A stretch of 64,000 nucleotides of DNA. Source: Phoronis australis (taxonomy: Eukaryota; Animalia; Phoronida). Of this stretch, positions 12,086 to 24,093 are shown piece after piece; the stretch's first letter is position 1, and every line of letters starts with the position of its first letter. The stretch lies in contig NMRA01000038.1 in NCBI GenBank assembly GCA_002633005.1, positions 581,329-645,328 of the forward strand, written 5' to 3'. The notes under the pieces are model-generated. The model saw only the letters and a list, made by a program, of their open reading frames with translations, was not told the DNA's origin and ran no database searches. The position numbers and the translations under genes are program-made.

Positions 12086-15000
12086 CCATCACCCTCATCA
12101 CCATCACCATCACCATCATCACCATCACCTCATCACCATCACCATCATCACCATCATCATCATCGTCGTCGTCGTCATCATCATCATCCCACCATTTAGC
12201 ATCACCATCGCCGTCATCCTCGCCATATCATCATCATCATTGCTATTATTATTACTATTATTATTGCTCTTACTTGTTGTCGTTACTATTATCCTCAATT
12301 GCTCTTATACATATGGCTAAAAGATAACATACAATTAATGACAAGTTATGAGAATAACAGAACAATAAATCAGGTGAAGCAATTGATGAATTGGTTTCTT
12401 GTTCAGGACAGCCATTAAATGGTTACACGAACTGGGCACCAGGAGAACCAAATGACTACTGGGGAGAGGACTGTGTGGTGATACGACTTGATGACGACTT
12501 CCAGTGGAACGACCATCCGTGCGACAGATGGTTCCGTGATTATACGTCCATTTGTCAGTATGGTCAGTAATGTTGTATTTTAAGGATAACTAAAGCGGCT
12601 ATGACCCCATGCACCTTCAGTCAAAAACTAAGTTTTGTTTTAGAACACTTATTGCTGCGCTCTAACTATTATTTACTATTATTTACTATTATTTACTACT
12701 TGGAAAGCAGTGCTATCACTGAAGTGGCTACCCTTATTTTAAATATTACAATAAATAAATAAAAATAAACAATAAAAGTAATTTGTTGGCTTGGGAAGAA
12801 TTGGCAGTGTGTTTTGTGGGCCAGGAGACCAGGAGACCAGGAGACCAGGCTCGGTGCTTTGTTTTAAGGTTGTGTAGAACCCTAGGAAAATATCTAAATT
12901 TGGACAACTTCAGAACATCAAATCTCAACTAAATGTCTGATTAGATTCACAGGAAACTTTCCGTGATTTATGGAATGTTTTCCAAAACGCTGAGAGGATT
13001 TGTTTTAAAATGGTATGAGAGGTTATATAAAATTTTGGACTTTAGATTTTCAAGGAAAATTTAAATTCTGCATAAAATGGAGACGAAATAATAATTTAGA
13101 CAGCGTTTTTTGAGATTATATCTTGAACATTTAATATTAAATGAAATTTTTTATGTTATTCATACCGTCACGGACGTACCTTCCTTTTTGATAAAGTTTG
13201 CTAAAAAGACATAGTTACCTGAAAATGTCAAAATTCAGATTATAGTACAAACTTTCTACTTTCAGTAAATATTTATTTTTACCGGGTATTAGTTCCTGTA
13301 TGATCATTAGCCGAGCACAATATCGGTCTTTCCCAGGTTCAAACATCACTAACCAGGCTGTGAGGTGCACAGTGGTTTGCAATTGAAGCACCCTCATTAC
13401 GGGCGATTAACATTTAGATGAAAAGGGTACATATCCCCACGATGTTATTTTCCGAATTTCCGGCAGATGCTTGAATGTGGTTCTGTTTTTTGTTTCACTG
13501 AGATGCTTTGCCAGAGACAACTACAACGACGCCAACAACAACGACGACGCCAACGACAACGACGACGCCAACGACAACAACGACGCCAACGACAACAACG
13601 ACGCCAACGACAACAAACATGCCGTCATCCCGCACTCCACCAGCGGCAACAAGTTCCTTCCGTACAATCACCACATCTAGTACTCCTTCGTCCTCACTGA
13701 CTCTTGGAACCTCCACTACATCCTCCAAGACGATACCATCACAGCTGCCAGTGACGTCTAGCGGGCTACCAACCCAACCCACTACCCGAGCTACCTCCAC
13801 GTCCAATCCGGTCTCCAGTACTACTTTAAGCGGCCTGTGTCCGGTAACAGCGGTCAACATGCCTCTTCGTACTTTCCGCGACAAATGCTACAGGTTCGTT
13901 ACTGTCACTCGGCACTTTGGCGAGGCGCAGCATTTCTGCAGCTTAGACCAAGGACATGTGGTAACAATAACTGACCAGGAAACACAAAATTTTCTTGTGA
14001 GTGTCTTGGGTGCGTTGCAGTGGAAATTTAATTCCACTTGGATAGGATTAGTTAACAACAAAACAGAAAGTTCTTGGATATGGGATTCGGGTGCCAACTT
14101 CGCAAAGGACAGTTTCAACTCGTGGTACCCCGGTCAGCCATCTGGTGGCGGCAATGTGACAAACTGTGCTGNCCATTTAGAGTACCATCGCCGTCATCCT
14201 CGCCATATCATCATCATCATCATTGCTATTATTATTACTATTATTATTGCTCTTACTTGTTGTTCTCTTATACATATGGCTAAAAATAACATACAATTGA
14301 TGACAAGTTATGCGAATAACAGAACAATAAATCAGGTGAAGCAGTTGATGAATTGGTTTCTTGTTCAGGACAGCCATTAAATGGTTACACGAACTGGGCA
14401 CCAGGAGAACCAAATGACTACTGGGGAGAGGACTGTGTGGTGATACGACTTGATGACGACTTCCAGTGGAACGACCATCCGTGCGACAGATGGTTGCGTG
14501 ATTATACGTCCATTTGTCAGTATGGTCAGTAATGTTGTATTTTGAGGATAACTAAAGCGGCTATGACCCCACGCACCTTCTGTCAAAAACTAAGTTTTGT
14601 TTTAGAACACTTATTGCTGCGCTCTAACTATTATTTACTATTATTTACTATTATTTACTTGGAAAGCAGTGCTATCACTGAAGTGGCTACCCTCATTTTA
14701 AATATCACAATAAATAAATAAAAATAAACAATAAAAGTAATTTATTGGCTTGGGAAGAACTGGCAGTGTGTTTTTCGGCCAGGAGACCAGGCTCGGTGCT
14801 TTGTTTTAAGGTTGTGTAGAATCCTAGGAAAATATCTGAATTTGGACAACTTCGGAACATCAAATCTCAGCTAAATGTCTCATTAGATTCATACGAAACT
14901 TTCCGTGATTTATGGAATGTTTTCCAAAACGCTGAGAGGATTTGTTTTAAAATGGTATGAGAGGTTATATAAAATTTTGGACTTTAGATTTTCAAGGAAA

Positions 15001-18000
15001 ATTTAAATTCTGCATAAAACGGAGACGAAATGATAATTTAGACAGCGTTTTTGAGATTATATCTTGAACATTTAATATTAAATGAAAATTTTTATGTTAT
15101 TCATACCGTCACGGATGTACCTTCCTTTTTTGATAAAGTTTGTTAAAAAGACATAGTTACTTGAAAATGTAAAAATTCAGATTATAGTACAAACTTTCTA
15201 CTTTCAGTAAATATTTATTTTTATCGGGTATAAGATTCTGTGTGATCATTAGCCGAGTACACACCTCTATAACACAATATCGGTCCTTCCCAGGTTCAAA
15301 CATCACTAACCAGGCTGTGAGGCGCACAGTGGTTTGCAATTGAAGCACCCTGATCATGACGCTTGATTAACATTTAGATACAAACGGTACATCTCCCCAC
15401 GATGATATTTTCCGAATTCCCGGCAGATGCTTGACTGTGATTCTGTTTTTTGTTTCAATAAGATGCTTTGCCCGAGACAACTACAACGACGCCAACAACA
15501 ACAACGCCAACGACAACAACGACGCCAACGACAACAACGACGCCAACGACAACAAACATGCCGTCATCCCGCACTCCACCAGCGGCAACAAGTTCCTTCC
15601 GTACAATCACCACATCTAGTACTCCTNTCCCCCAAGACGATGCCATCACAGCTGCCAGTAACGTCTAGCGGGCTACCAACCCAACCCACTACCCGAGCCA
15701 CATCCACGTCCAATCCGGTCTCCAGTACTACTTTAAGCGGCCTGTGTCCGGTAACAGCGGTCAACATGCCTCTACGTACTTTCCGCGACAAATGCTACAG
15801 GTTCGTTACTGTCACTCGGCACTTTGGCGAGGCGCAGCATTTCTGCAGCTTAGACCAAGGACATGTGGTAACAATAACTGACCAGGAAACACAAAATTTT
15901 CTTGTGAGTGTCTTGGGTGCGTTGCAGTGGAAATTTAATTCCACTTGGATAGGATTAGTTAACAACAAAACAGAAAGTTCTTGGATATGGGATTCGGGTG
16001 CCAACTTCGCAAAGGACAGTTTCAACTCGTGGTACCCCGGTCAGCCATCTGGTGGCGGCAATGTGACAAACTGTGCTGTGATACAACTGCACGAGCCTGC
16101 TGACGCGAATGGGGACTGGTTCGTACGACCTTGTCATGAAGTACATCACTATCTGCCGTTCATATGTGAATACGGTGAGTTTATAAGATAGGTCTACTCG
16201 TTAGGACTGGTCGGCAATGCCGTAACTGGTTTTCATTTTACAAATGTATCCACGATTGCAAATGTACCTTCATGAACTTTGCTGAAATAAAAATCACAGT
16301 CACAGATTTGCACCAAACTTTCAGAAAGTGAAAACAGGATCCTTTTGTTTCTGATGAAAACACGTGAAACAAGTTCGAGCTTATGTTTGAACAAAACTAG
16401 GTTTCACGTTGTGCCAATAACGTTTTTTCTTCTCTCGTCCAATAAGTAGCCTAGATGAAGGCTTAGTAACCAGGCGAGCTAACCAAGGTCCGCTCTGGAA
16501 ATGAGCGTATGAGGCAGGCTTCAACTCCCAAGTGGGGCTTATTTTTCTGATGTTGGCGGAGATTCTTGTGGTTTCTTGGTGCAGCTCCGTTGTTATAATC
16601 ACTTTCATTTCGCCTGAAATATTAGAATTCAATTCAAGTATCTAATTAGAACTATTATTTGTGCCACATTTTAAAGAACATCGCGGAATTTGTCATAGAT
16701 GCATCCTTCGTTATTTAAAGTTATTTTACTTAATTAGCGAGAAACTATTAAATATCAACAGAATATAAAAATGTTTTGCAAATAACGTGACTGTATTTCT
16801 AATAACGCAGTTCGTTGTGGGAGTACCGTTTATCTGTCATCGTGCTTTCCAGACTTAGTATTTCCAAAGACGCCAGCCTTGTCCTCTGTGCCAACGCAAG
16901 TCAAAACACAAAGCGCAACATTTAAAAGTTCAACAGGAAAACCTCTTCACACTGGAAAGACAGTGGCAACTTCAACAGAAAAAGGAAAGCCTGGCGGTAC
17001 GAAGTAGTTTGGAAGTGTTCTTTAGTGCTTCTCAAACCTGTTTCATTTTAATCGTTGTGTCAGGTGTGACTACGTATTTCAAAGATAAATTGTTGGAGTT
17101 TGGTCGGCAAAAAACTCTTCAAAACTGAAGTTTGAGACAAATTTTCCGTTAAAAATTCACCGCAACTGTCCTTTCACAATAGCCGGCATTTTTCTTTTCA
17201 CGCACCACATAAACCGTTCTCATAAACACGATAACAAATCGTTTTTAATATTTTTGTCATCCATCGAAAGTCCTTTCGTACAAACAAGCTTAGTTCGTAC
17301 GAAGCACAACAATTTCGATACATTATGCCAAGACATGGACACTCATGTCACACGTGTGAGTGACTAGAAAAGACAGGACTAGAAAAGACGGGTCGGTGAG
17401 AAAAGATTTACTGCGCAAAATAATTATATTTATGACAAAAGTGCGCTACCAATGGAAGCATCTGTGTGGTCTGTGAGGGAGAAAAAATGGTTACCGTGTT
17501 TATGGTCAACGATACGATAGAAAAAGTATTCGGATTTTTAGACTCTTATTACCGTTTTGTCCTTTGGAACTAGTGCCGAATTCCACGCCCTCACAATTTT
17601 TTTTAATTGTTCCCCAGTAGTGCCATCGTCACGGGCTGACGACAGAAAAAAGCGTTTTTGCCACAAAGGTCATTTGCATGAACCCCCTGAACCACCTCAA
17701 ACACGCCATTGTGATAATAAAATCATGAAGAAAACTTCTTCATAAAACTCTCAATCAATGAGACTCGTGTGTTTGAAAATTAACCTAATGTATGTAAAAC
17801 GTTTAGTAACCTCACTTGACGAGATCGATCTTGTCACACGCAGTAGTTGGTTGGCTATTTGCAATGAACAGTTAAATTAGCATGTTTGAATCTCATTAAA
17901 ATTTCAGCACCAGTGGCGGATTTAGGGGGGGGGGAGCAAGGGGGCCATGGCCCCCCTAAAAGTGTACCAGGTACCATTTGGGACTTCGGGTGCGAATTGC

Positions 18001-21000
18001 TGACTAGCACACATGCGCGCATCCAGGAGGCCTAAGGGGGTGAATAATCAATGCACAGGCCCTGAAAAACCCCATTTACCTTTTTTGTTTTAGTCAACAG
18101 GTCCGCAAACCCAAATATTAGAGACACTTGCATCCCCACATTTTAGGCTGGGCGCGCGCATCTGCCCAAATTCTGGTTATTCCTGTGCCCTGGCCCCCTA
18201 ACTCAAAATCCTGGATCCGCCCCTGACCACCAGCAATTTTTATGACCAATATTTATGACGCGCTGACACGGTTATCATACCAGTCTATGGGTCAAGGCGC
18301 AATACTGGTATAATCTCGAAAATGTCAAGACAATCAGGCTCAAGGACTTAGTCACAACGAGTGGTGTTTTAGCAAATGAACAACTGAAGTCGGCGATAGT
18401 GTTGGCAAGGTTAGATAAAACTTCAAACTAATGGGCTGGATAATTTTTATTGTCGAATGCCGAATAACCACTTCATACAACATTAGCAATTAACGTGACG
18501 TGGAATGAATGTGACGTGGTTGCTGCTATCCAGCGCTGACTTTTGTAACTAGATCCTGGATTTGTTCACTATTAAAAGTGTCCACTGACGACAGAAATTT
18601 GTTCACATACCTATTTCTCAAAAATAATTAAATCTCTCTTGAGCAAAAATGCAAAGACTCTGAAAATAGTTGCTGAGATAATTTCTGTGAATTATTCCTG
18701 ATTACTTGGCTAAACCCGGAATTTTGAAGTGGGAGTTGGAGTCTAAATTTCTGTCATGAAATAAAAGTCACTTTCATGAAACGGACCCCTGGTACGTATG
18801 CGTTTTTTGCAAGAGCGAAATAATTCTTCATATTCAGATTTTAAAACAGCCTAGAAGAGTCACTTCAATGAACTGTGCACAAATTATAATTTAAGTGACC
18901 ACCTTCTTAGACTTACGACCTTTGACTTCTGTCTTTGTGTATTCTAGCTAATGGATTACATGATTCCATTACTGTTTATTAACTATTTGCAAAACTTTGG
19001 GGAGAACTCATTCAACATTTTTTAACATTTTAGAAACCGATAAAGTGGTTGGTAGCGACAAATCAGGTGAGTGGCAGTTGGATAAATGTTAGCAGTCCGT
19101 ATAACTTGCAATTTACTTGTTTCCCATAAACAAAGTTAAAAATACGGAGAAGTCAAAAATACTTCTTCGTTCCGTGAAGACTCCATATAGCAACAGAAAT
19201 TAGTAATTTTTTAAAAAGCTATCCTAGGCTCGTTCCGTCGAAGAAACGAGCTTTTGATTTAGGTCAATTTTAAGGTTATAAAACTGACCTCAGTTTGTTC
19301 CGTACTCAAATGAGACGTGCTTTTTGGACTTAGAAAGAACTAGCGGTGACCAGCCAACTTGTTAATCCTCGAGCAAGGAATACTGAATTGACACCAACAT
19401 CATACCTCTTTAGTGGTTTAAAACAAAAGTGAGCCTTGTTGGCGAAAGGCCGCGGCGGTTATATAGCCACTAATCAGTTTTAGTTCCTAGTAGCCATTTA
19501 GAAATTCCTCGCCATAAACCTACCCACTTCGATAGTTCAGTGGTGATAAAAGCGAAAATGCATTAATATGCCGTTTGTAACATACGAAATGTTTCCGTTT
19601 TTTGGTATTAGGAGCCTATTCCACACTTGGCACTTACAAGTATTCTAAGTCCTTGGTACTGCTAAACTTCCAAACAATATGAGCTTGAGGCCTACACAGT
19701 GCCATCGACTCTAGACTTAGCAATAGAGACGGTGACTCTCTACTTGATACTCGAGACCATGAGGAACTTGGGTACAATTTCACTTTGATCCTCAAAAACT
19801 TTGAAGCATGATCGATTCTTATTCTTGATGTTCCAGAAGTCGACGTGGGAATCATCGTGGGATGTTCCATCGGTGCAGTACTGTTGATTGCTGTCGCGTT
19901 GGGCGCCCTCTTTGTCGTTAGGTATTGTAATGTTTCTAATCGTGTTCATGAAGTACTGTTTAGGTTGTTGGACCGTAATACTGCCGTGTTGCTCACTGTG
20001 GTCCAAAATACAGTTACAATGAGATTTTGCGACAATACGAGAACCGGACTCGGTCTGAAGTCACTGTGACATATTGCGTTTCACCAGCTGGTAAATACAT
20101 TTAGTTGGGGGGGGGGGGGGGGGCTCCAATGAGCCCCGAGCCCCCCATGCACAATTCACACCTCTGGACGCAGTACTCCGTTTCTTTAGTCCCCATTTTT
20201 CAGTAATAGGTCCACATTCTCAAAATTTCGAGCTAACTGTAAAAGTTATGAGGTAATTTTTGTGGTCGCANTGACACCAACATCATACCTCTTTAGTGGT
20301 TTAAAACAAAAGTGAGCCTTGTTCAAGGCGAAAGGCCGCGGCGGTTATATAGCCACTAATCAGTTTTAGTTCCTAGTAGCCATTTAGAAATTCCTCGCCA
20401 TAAACCTACCCACTTCGATAGTTCAGTGGTGATAAAAGCGAAAATGCATTGATTAATATGCCGTTTGTAACATACGAAATGTTTCCGTTTTTTGGTATTA
20501 GGAGCCTATTCCACACTTGGCACTTACAAGTATTCTAAGTCCTTGGTACTGCTAAACTTCCAAACAATTTGAGCTTGAGGCCTACACAGTGCAATCGACT
20601 CTAGACTTAGGAATAGAGACGGGGACTCTCTACTCGATACTCGAGACCATGAGAAACTTGGGTACAATTTCACTTTGATCCTCAAAAACTTTGAAGCATG
20701 ATCGATTCTTATTCTTGATGTTCCAGAAGTCGACGTGGGAATCATCGTGGGATGTTCCATTGGTGCAGTACTGTTGATTGCTGTCGCGTTGGGCGCCCTC
20801 TTTGTCGTTAGGTATTGTAATGTTTCTAATCGTGTTCATGAAGTACTGTTTAGGTTGTTGGACCGTAATACTGCCGTGTTGCTCACTGTGGTCCAAAATA
20901 CAGTTACAATGAGATTTTGCGACAATACGAGAACCGGACTCGGTCTGAAGTCACTGTGACATATTGCGTTTCACCAGCTGGTAAATACATTTAGTTGGGG

Positions 21001-21604
21001 GGGGGGGGGGGGGCTCCAATGAGCCCCGAGCCCCCCATGCACAATTCACACCTCTGGACGCAGTACTCCGTTTCTTTAGTCCCCATTTTTCAGTAATAGG
21101 TCCACATTCTCAAAATTTCGAGCTAACTGTAAAAGTTATGAGGTAATTTTTGTGGTCGCAGGTACTGATTTTCAGTCGTGGCCAACGACGGGTTTCACAG
21201 TAGACGTACATAGGGGGCACTTTACATTCCTCACTATACTACAGTAAAATGCCAGTGACCAACGAGTTCTCGTTAGTATGGCGGTACCGAAAGCACACTT
21301 ACGGCGGTACCGAAAGCACACTTACGTTTTTTATCACTGAGTAGAAAAAGAAACGCAGCTATTCTTCGATCTTTTATGTTTCAGAAAAAAATTACTGAAG
21401 AAATATGCCGACGTTATGTTTGACAACCCCGCCTACCCATGGCAGTCTGTGCATCACGATGTTACCAACGGAGATGTAGCTATCCGAGAGGGTTCACCAA
21501 CGTCGGCCGCTGCTGTCAAATACAACCCGAGCGAACAGATTGCTGCGGACAATCCGATATATATTTCATTTTCGTCGGATTCACAGATAAACAACGAATG
21601 TTAA
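9158..21604 (+). CDS. Type I transmembrane C-type lectin receptor: signal peptide, CTLD1 (EPN/WND), Thr-rich mucin, CTLD2, Ser/Thr stalk, TM, cytoplasmic tail with two NPxY motifs
   Basis: Phase-consistent exons: 9158 or 9167-9221 (MKKMAKCSGLSTALVIAALIQG, signal); 11619-11891 (CTLD1a, WIGL); 12407-12562 (CTLD1b, WAPGEPN...WNDHPC); 13503-14171 cut at an N gap, second copy 15463-16174 (mucin + CTLD2); 16853-16996; 19034-19066; 19837-19921, duplicate 20727-20811 (TM VGIIVGCSIGAVLLIAVALGALFVV); 21385-21604 (RKKLLKKYADVMFDNPAY...DNPIY...NNEC*). Confidence 0.88.
9564..10799. mobile_element. Non-autonomous DNA transposon, PIF/Harbinger-like, with internal inserts
   Basis: Terminal inverted repeats CAGCCGATTTCGTAAAG ... 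CTTTATGAAATCGGTTG flanked by TAA on both sides (3-bp TSD). Subterminal AACCAGG/CCTGGTT-like repeats; internal inverted-repeat segment at ~9700-10060. Confidence 0.65.
11925..12190. repeat. (CAT/CAC)n trinucleotide microsatellite in lectin gene intron 2
   Basis: About 265 bp of CAT/CAC triplets beginning ~35 bp after the exon-2 GTGAG donor. Confidence 0.97.
12190..16078. repeat. ~1.9-2.0 kb near-identical tandem duplication joined at N14172 (probable haplotypic false duplication)
   Basis: 12190-14171 is repeated at 14173-16078 with scattered SNPs and indels. Copy 1 ends mid-exon exactly at the N. A further N at 15627 replaces ~36 nt of copy 2. Confidence 0.85.
17911..18225. mobile_element. 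MITE, CAGTGGCGGAT...ATCCGCCCCTG family (hAT5-like, 5-bp TSD)
   Basis: TIRs CAGTGGCGGATTTAGG / CCTGGATCCGCCCCTG; flanks AGCAC / ACCAC (1 mismatch). Same family as 59453-59603; isolated ends at ~41981 and ~48885-48900. Confidence 0.8.
19389..21160. repeat. ~885-bp near-identical tandem duplication joined at N20271 (probable haplotypic false duplication)
   Basis: 19389-20270 is repeated at 20272-21160, including the TM exon. The junction is exactly a single N. Confidence 0.88.
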
Positions 21605-24093
21605 ACGGACGTGATGTAAGCGCTGGTTTGAGGGTGCACGTTTTTGATAATGCTAAAGCCGATTTCGTTAAACCGGAGAAACAAACAGAAGGTGGAACCA
21701 CATAATTTTAATTCATTTTATTACCACAGACGAATTCCTCAAATTGTACCTAAAAATACCGCCCTAGGGCAATGCAGATTTTTATGCGGAATTTACACTC
21801 CCCTCATTATTTGCCGACAAAAGGGTGTGTAGGCTGAAACCATTGACAAAGAATATGTTATTGTTATTGTTATAGATACCTGTGGCTTCATATCACAAAA
21901 TAAAAAGTCGATACATATATATATATAAAGAAACAATTTTATTATAAATAAAGCACCATCCAGGCGCAATCAAAAGGGATTTTTCAAGTGTCACACGACC
22001 AGAGATGCAAATAAAACAACCCAATGCCACTACTCAGGGAGTCCGTCTTCATGTTGATCTTGAAACTCGCACATTTACTTCCCCTAAATTGTCAAAAATT
22101 GGAGTGACATACTAATAGGCAATGAAAATAATTTGAAATTATCTTCATTCAGTCACTAGGCAACCATAAGCAGCGACTTCCAGAGAAACCATGGATTCCT
22201 GACCCTAGGCACAAGATAATGTACAGATTGGTTTAACCAATACTTGACTTCTTAAAACTATACAATTATACACTGGTTTAGTGCAAACAGTCTCATTCTT
22301 ACTTACAATTTCTTTACTATACAGCAATTCTACACCTTCCAACAGTAATATTCGCCAAACTAGCTCTCAAATACATCCATGCTCCAAATATTGGAAACTT
22401 TTCAACTCTAGTTATAGACTTTATTTTTGTTGAGAAGATTGTCAATTTGAAAGTAAAATTTCCGCCATATTGTGTGTCAGATAGTTGAACTATTACTCTA
22501 CAAACATTCACCAAGAAAAGCATACCCAGCCCGCACAAGCTTCATCCAAAATGGAGCAAGTTTACGCGATTGTACCAACAAAAATTGTTGTGAACACGGG
22601 TAAATAACGCTGGTTTTAATTCTCAAGAGGGCAGTGCATGCTATTCATTTTTAACACAAGCTTGTGTCTCTGTTTCAAGAAAGTAGAAGTCTAAGCCAGA
22701 CACTACAAAACTTTATTCAAGACTGGACTCAAAAATTGCCTAATCGCCCACAGTGAAGTTTGATAGTTTACTTGGGACACGATTAGTCAATATTCGAGTT
22801 GAGACAAGTAAGGTTTGGAGGTCTAAAGCCAAAGCCATGATGGCGGAACTTAACAAAAAAGATTCTGTTACTCAAACGCAAGCTAGGTACTAGCACCAAA
22901 ATAGCATTTTGAACACTTGCACACTTTTGAAGTACTATTGATGAGTTCATCAACTGAAGGAGCCTATAGTCATCGTGCAGTACTAGGTTTACACAGTCAC
23001 ATGTCTGGCTTCTTATTTTTTTAGACATGACAAAACACCGAGGCATCGTCGAATTTTGTGATGAAAAGAGATTATCACAAAGTCATTTCCCATTTAGAAT
23101 ATCTCACACATTGCATATCTGACATAATTTCAATTGGAAAAATTTCATCTTTTCATTTAATGTAGACCCACAAAGCTGTCTATTTTGGGAACAGAAACTG
23201 TATTACCAAACTGTAACTCCAGACTCTACTTGAAACCTGATCGAAAGCATCGTCTGCTTTCCAGTGAACTTTCCTGTCCTCCACAACAGAATTGGTTAAT
23301 TTTTGAGTCAAGTTCCGAATAAAGTTTGATTCTCGACGATTCAAATCATATTTCAAGGCAAAGACAATCTTCATCATGGTAAAACATGCACCTTTATAGC
23401 ATAAGACTGTTTGCAATCCCTTGATTTGGCGTTGCCTAGTAACACTGGCTGAAAGTGGAAGAACAAAGCCGACTTATGGCGATGCAGCTACACCTGCTAC
23501 CAGACTCTGCCAATGCGAATAAGTTGGAACACGAAAACAAAAGTTGCTTAGGCCAGACACCTGATTGTAAGAAGACTACCAAACATGTATCACCTCTTAT
23601 ACATACAAAAAATGTCAATGTACCTCACTGACCTGCCGTGATCTTATATATCAAAACATTAACATCAACAATGTGTTGTTAATGCATCAACCCGAAGAGC
23701 AGCTTCTTACAGTGATCAGAAATCTGGCAGCCTCTTACTGTCACATTTCCGCTCATTTTGGCATTCATATACACACCATGTTGATCTAGCGCTGCTCGCA
23801 AGATTATAGGGGACGAGTTTCACCAAAGAGTTATAACTTTAACACCTTTTAAGTTGCATTAGAATTAAGTAAATGTTTCCCCAAGATTAAGAGTGAGGTT
23901 TTCATAAACTTTAAGTTTCATCCAAACCTATTTTAAATCTGATGAGGAAAAGATTTTAAATAGTCAATTGCCACAGGTGAAAATCAGACTTCCACCCAAA
24001 AAGTTGTAACTTCTTCAGCGAGACAAACCCCAAAAAGGTGCGTGTGAACATGTCGCCACAAGACAACAGCAGGGCGCACATTTTTGACCCCCC

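Noticed and set aside
11892-12199. Poly-Ser/His extension of the lectin ORF and the poly-Met ORF on the minus strand
   Set aside because: These are translations of an intronic (CAT)n microsatellite after a clear G|GTGAG donor at 11891/11892.
13467-13884. Gln/Arg-rich, Asn/Asp-rich and Val-rich ORFs
   Set aside because: Alternative-frame and antisense translations of the Thr-rich mucin repeat.
14173-16174. Genuine exon duplication giving a 3-4 CTLD receptor with two TM exons
   Set aside because: Breakpoints coincide with N gaps and copy 1 is truncated mid-exon. An assembly artefact is more parsimonious, although not proven without reads.
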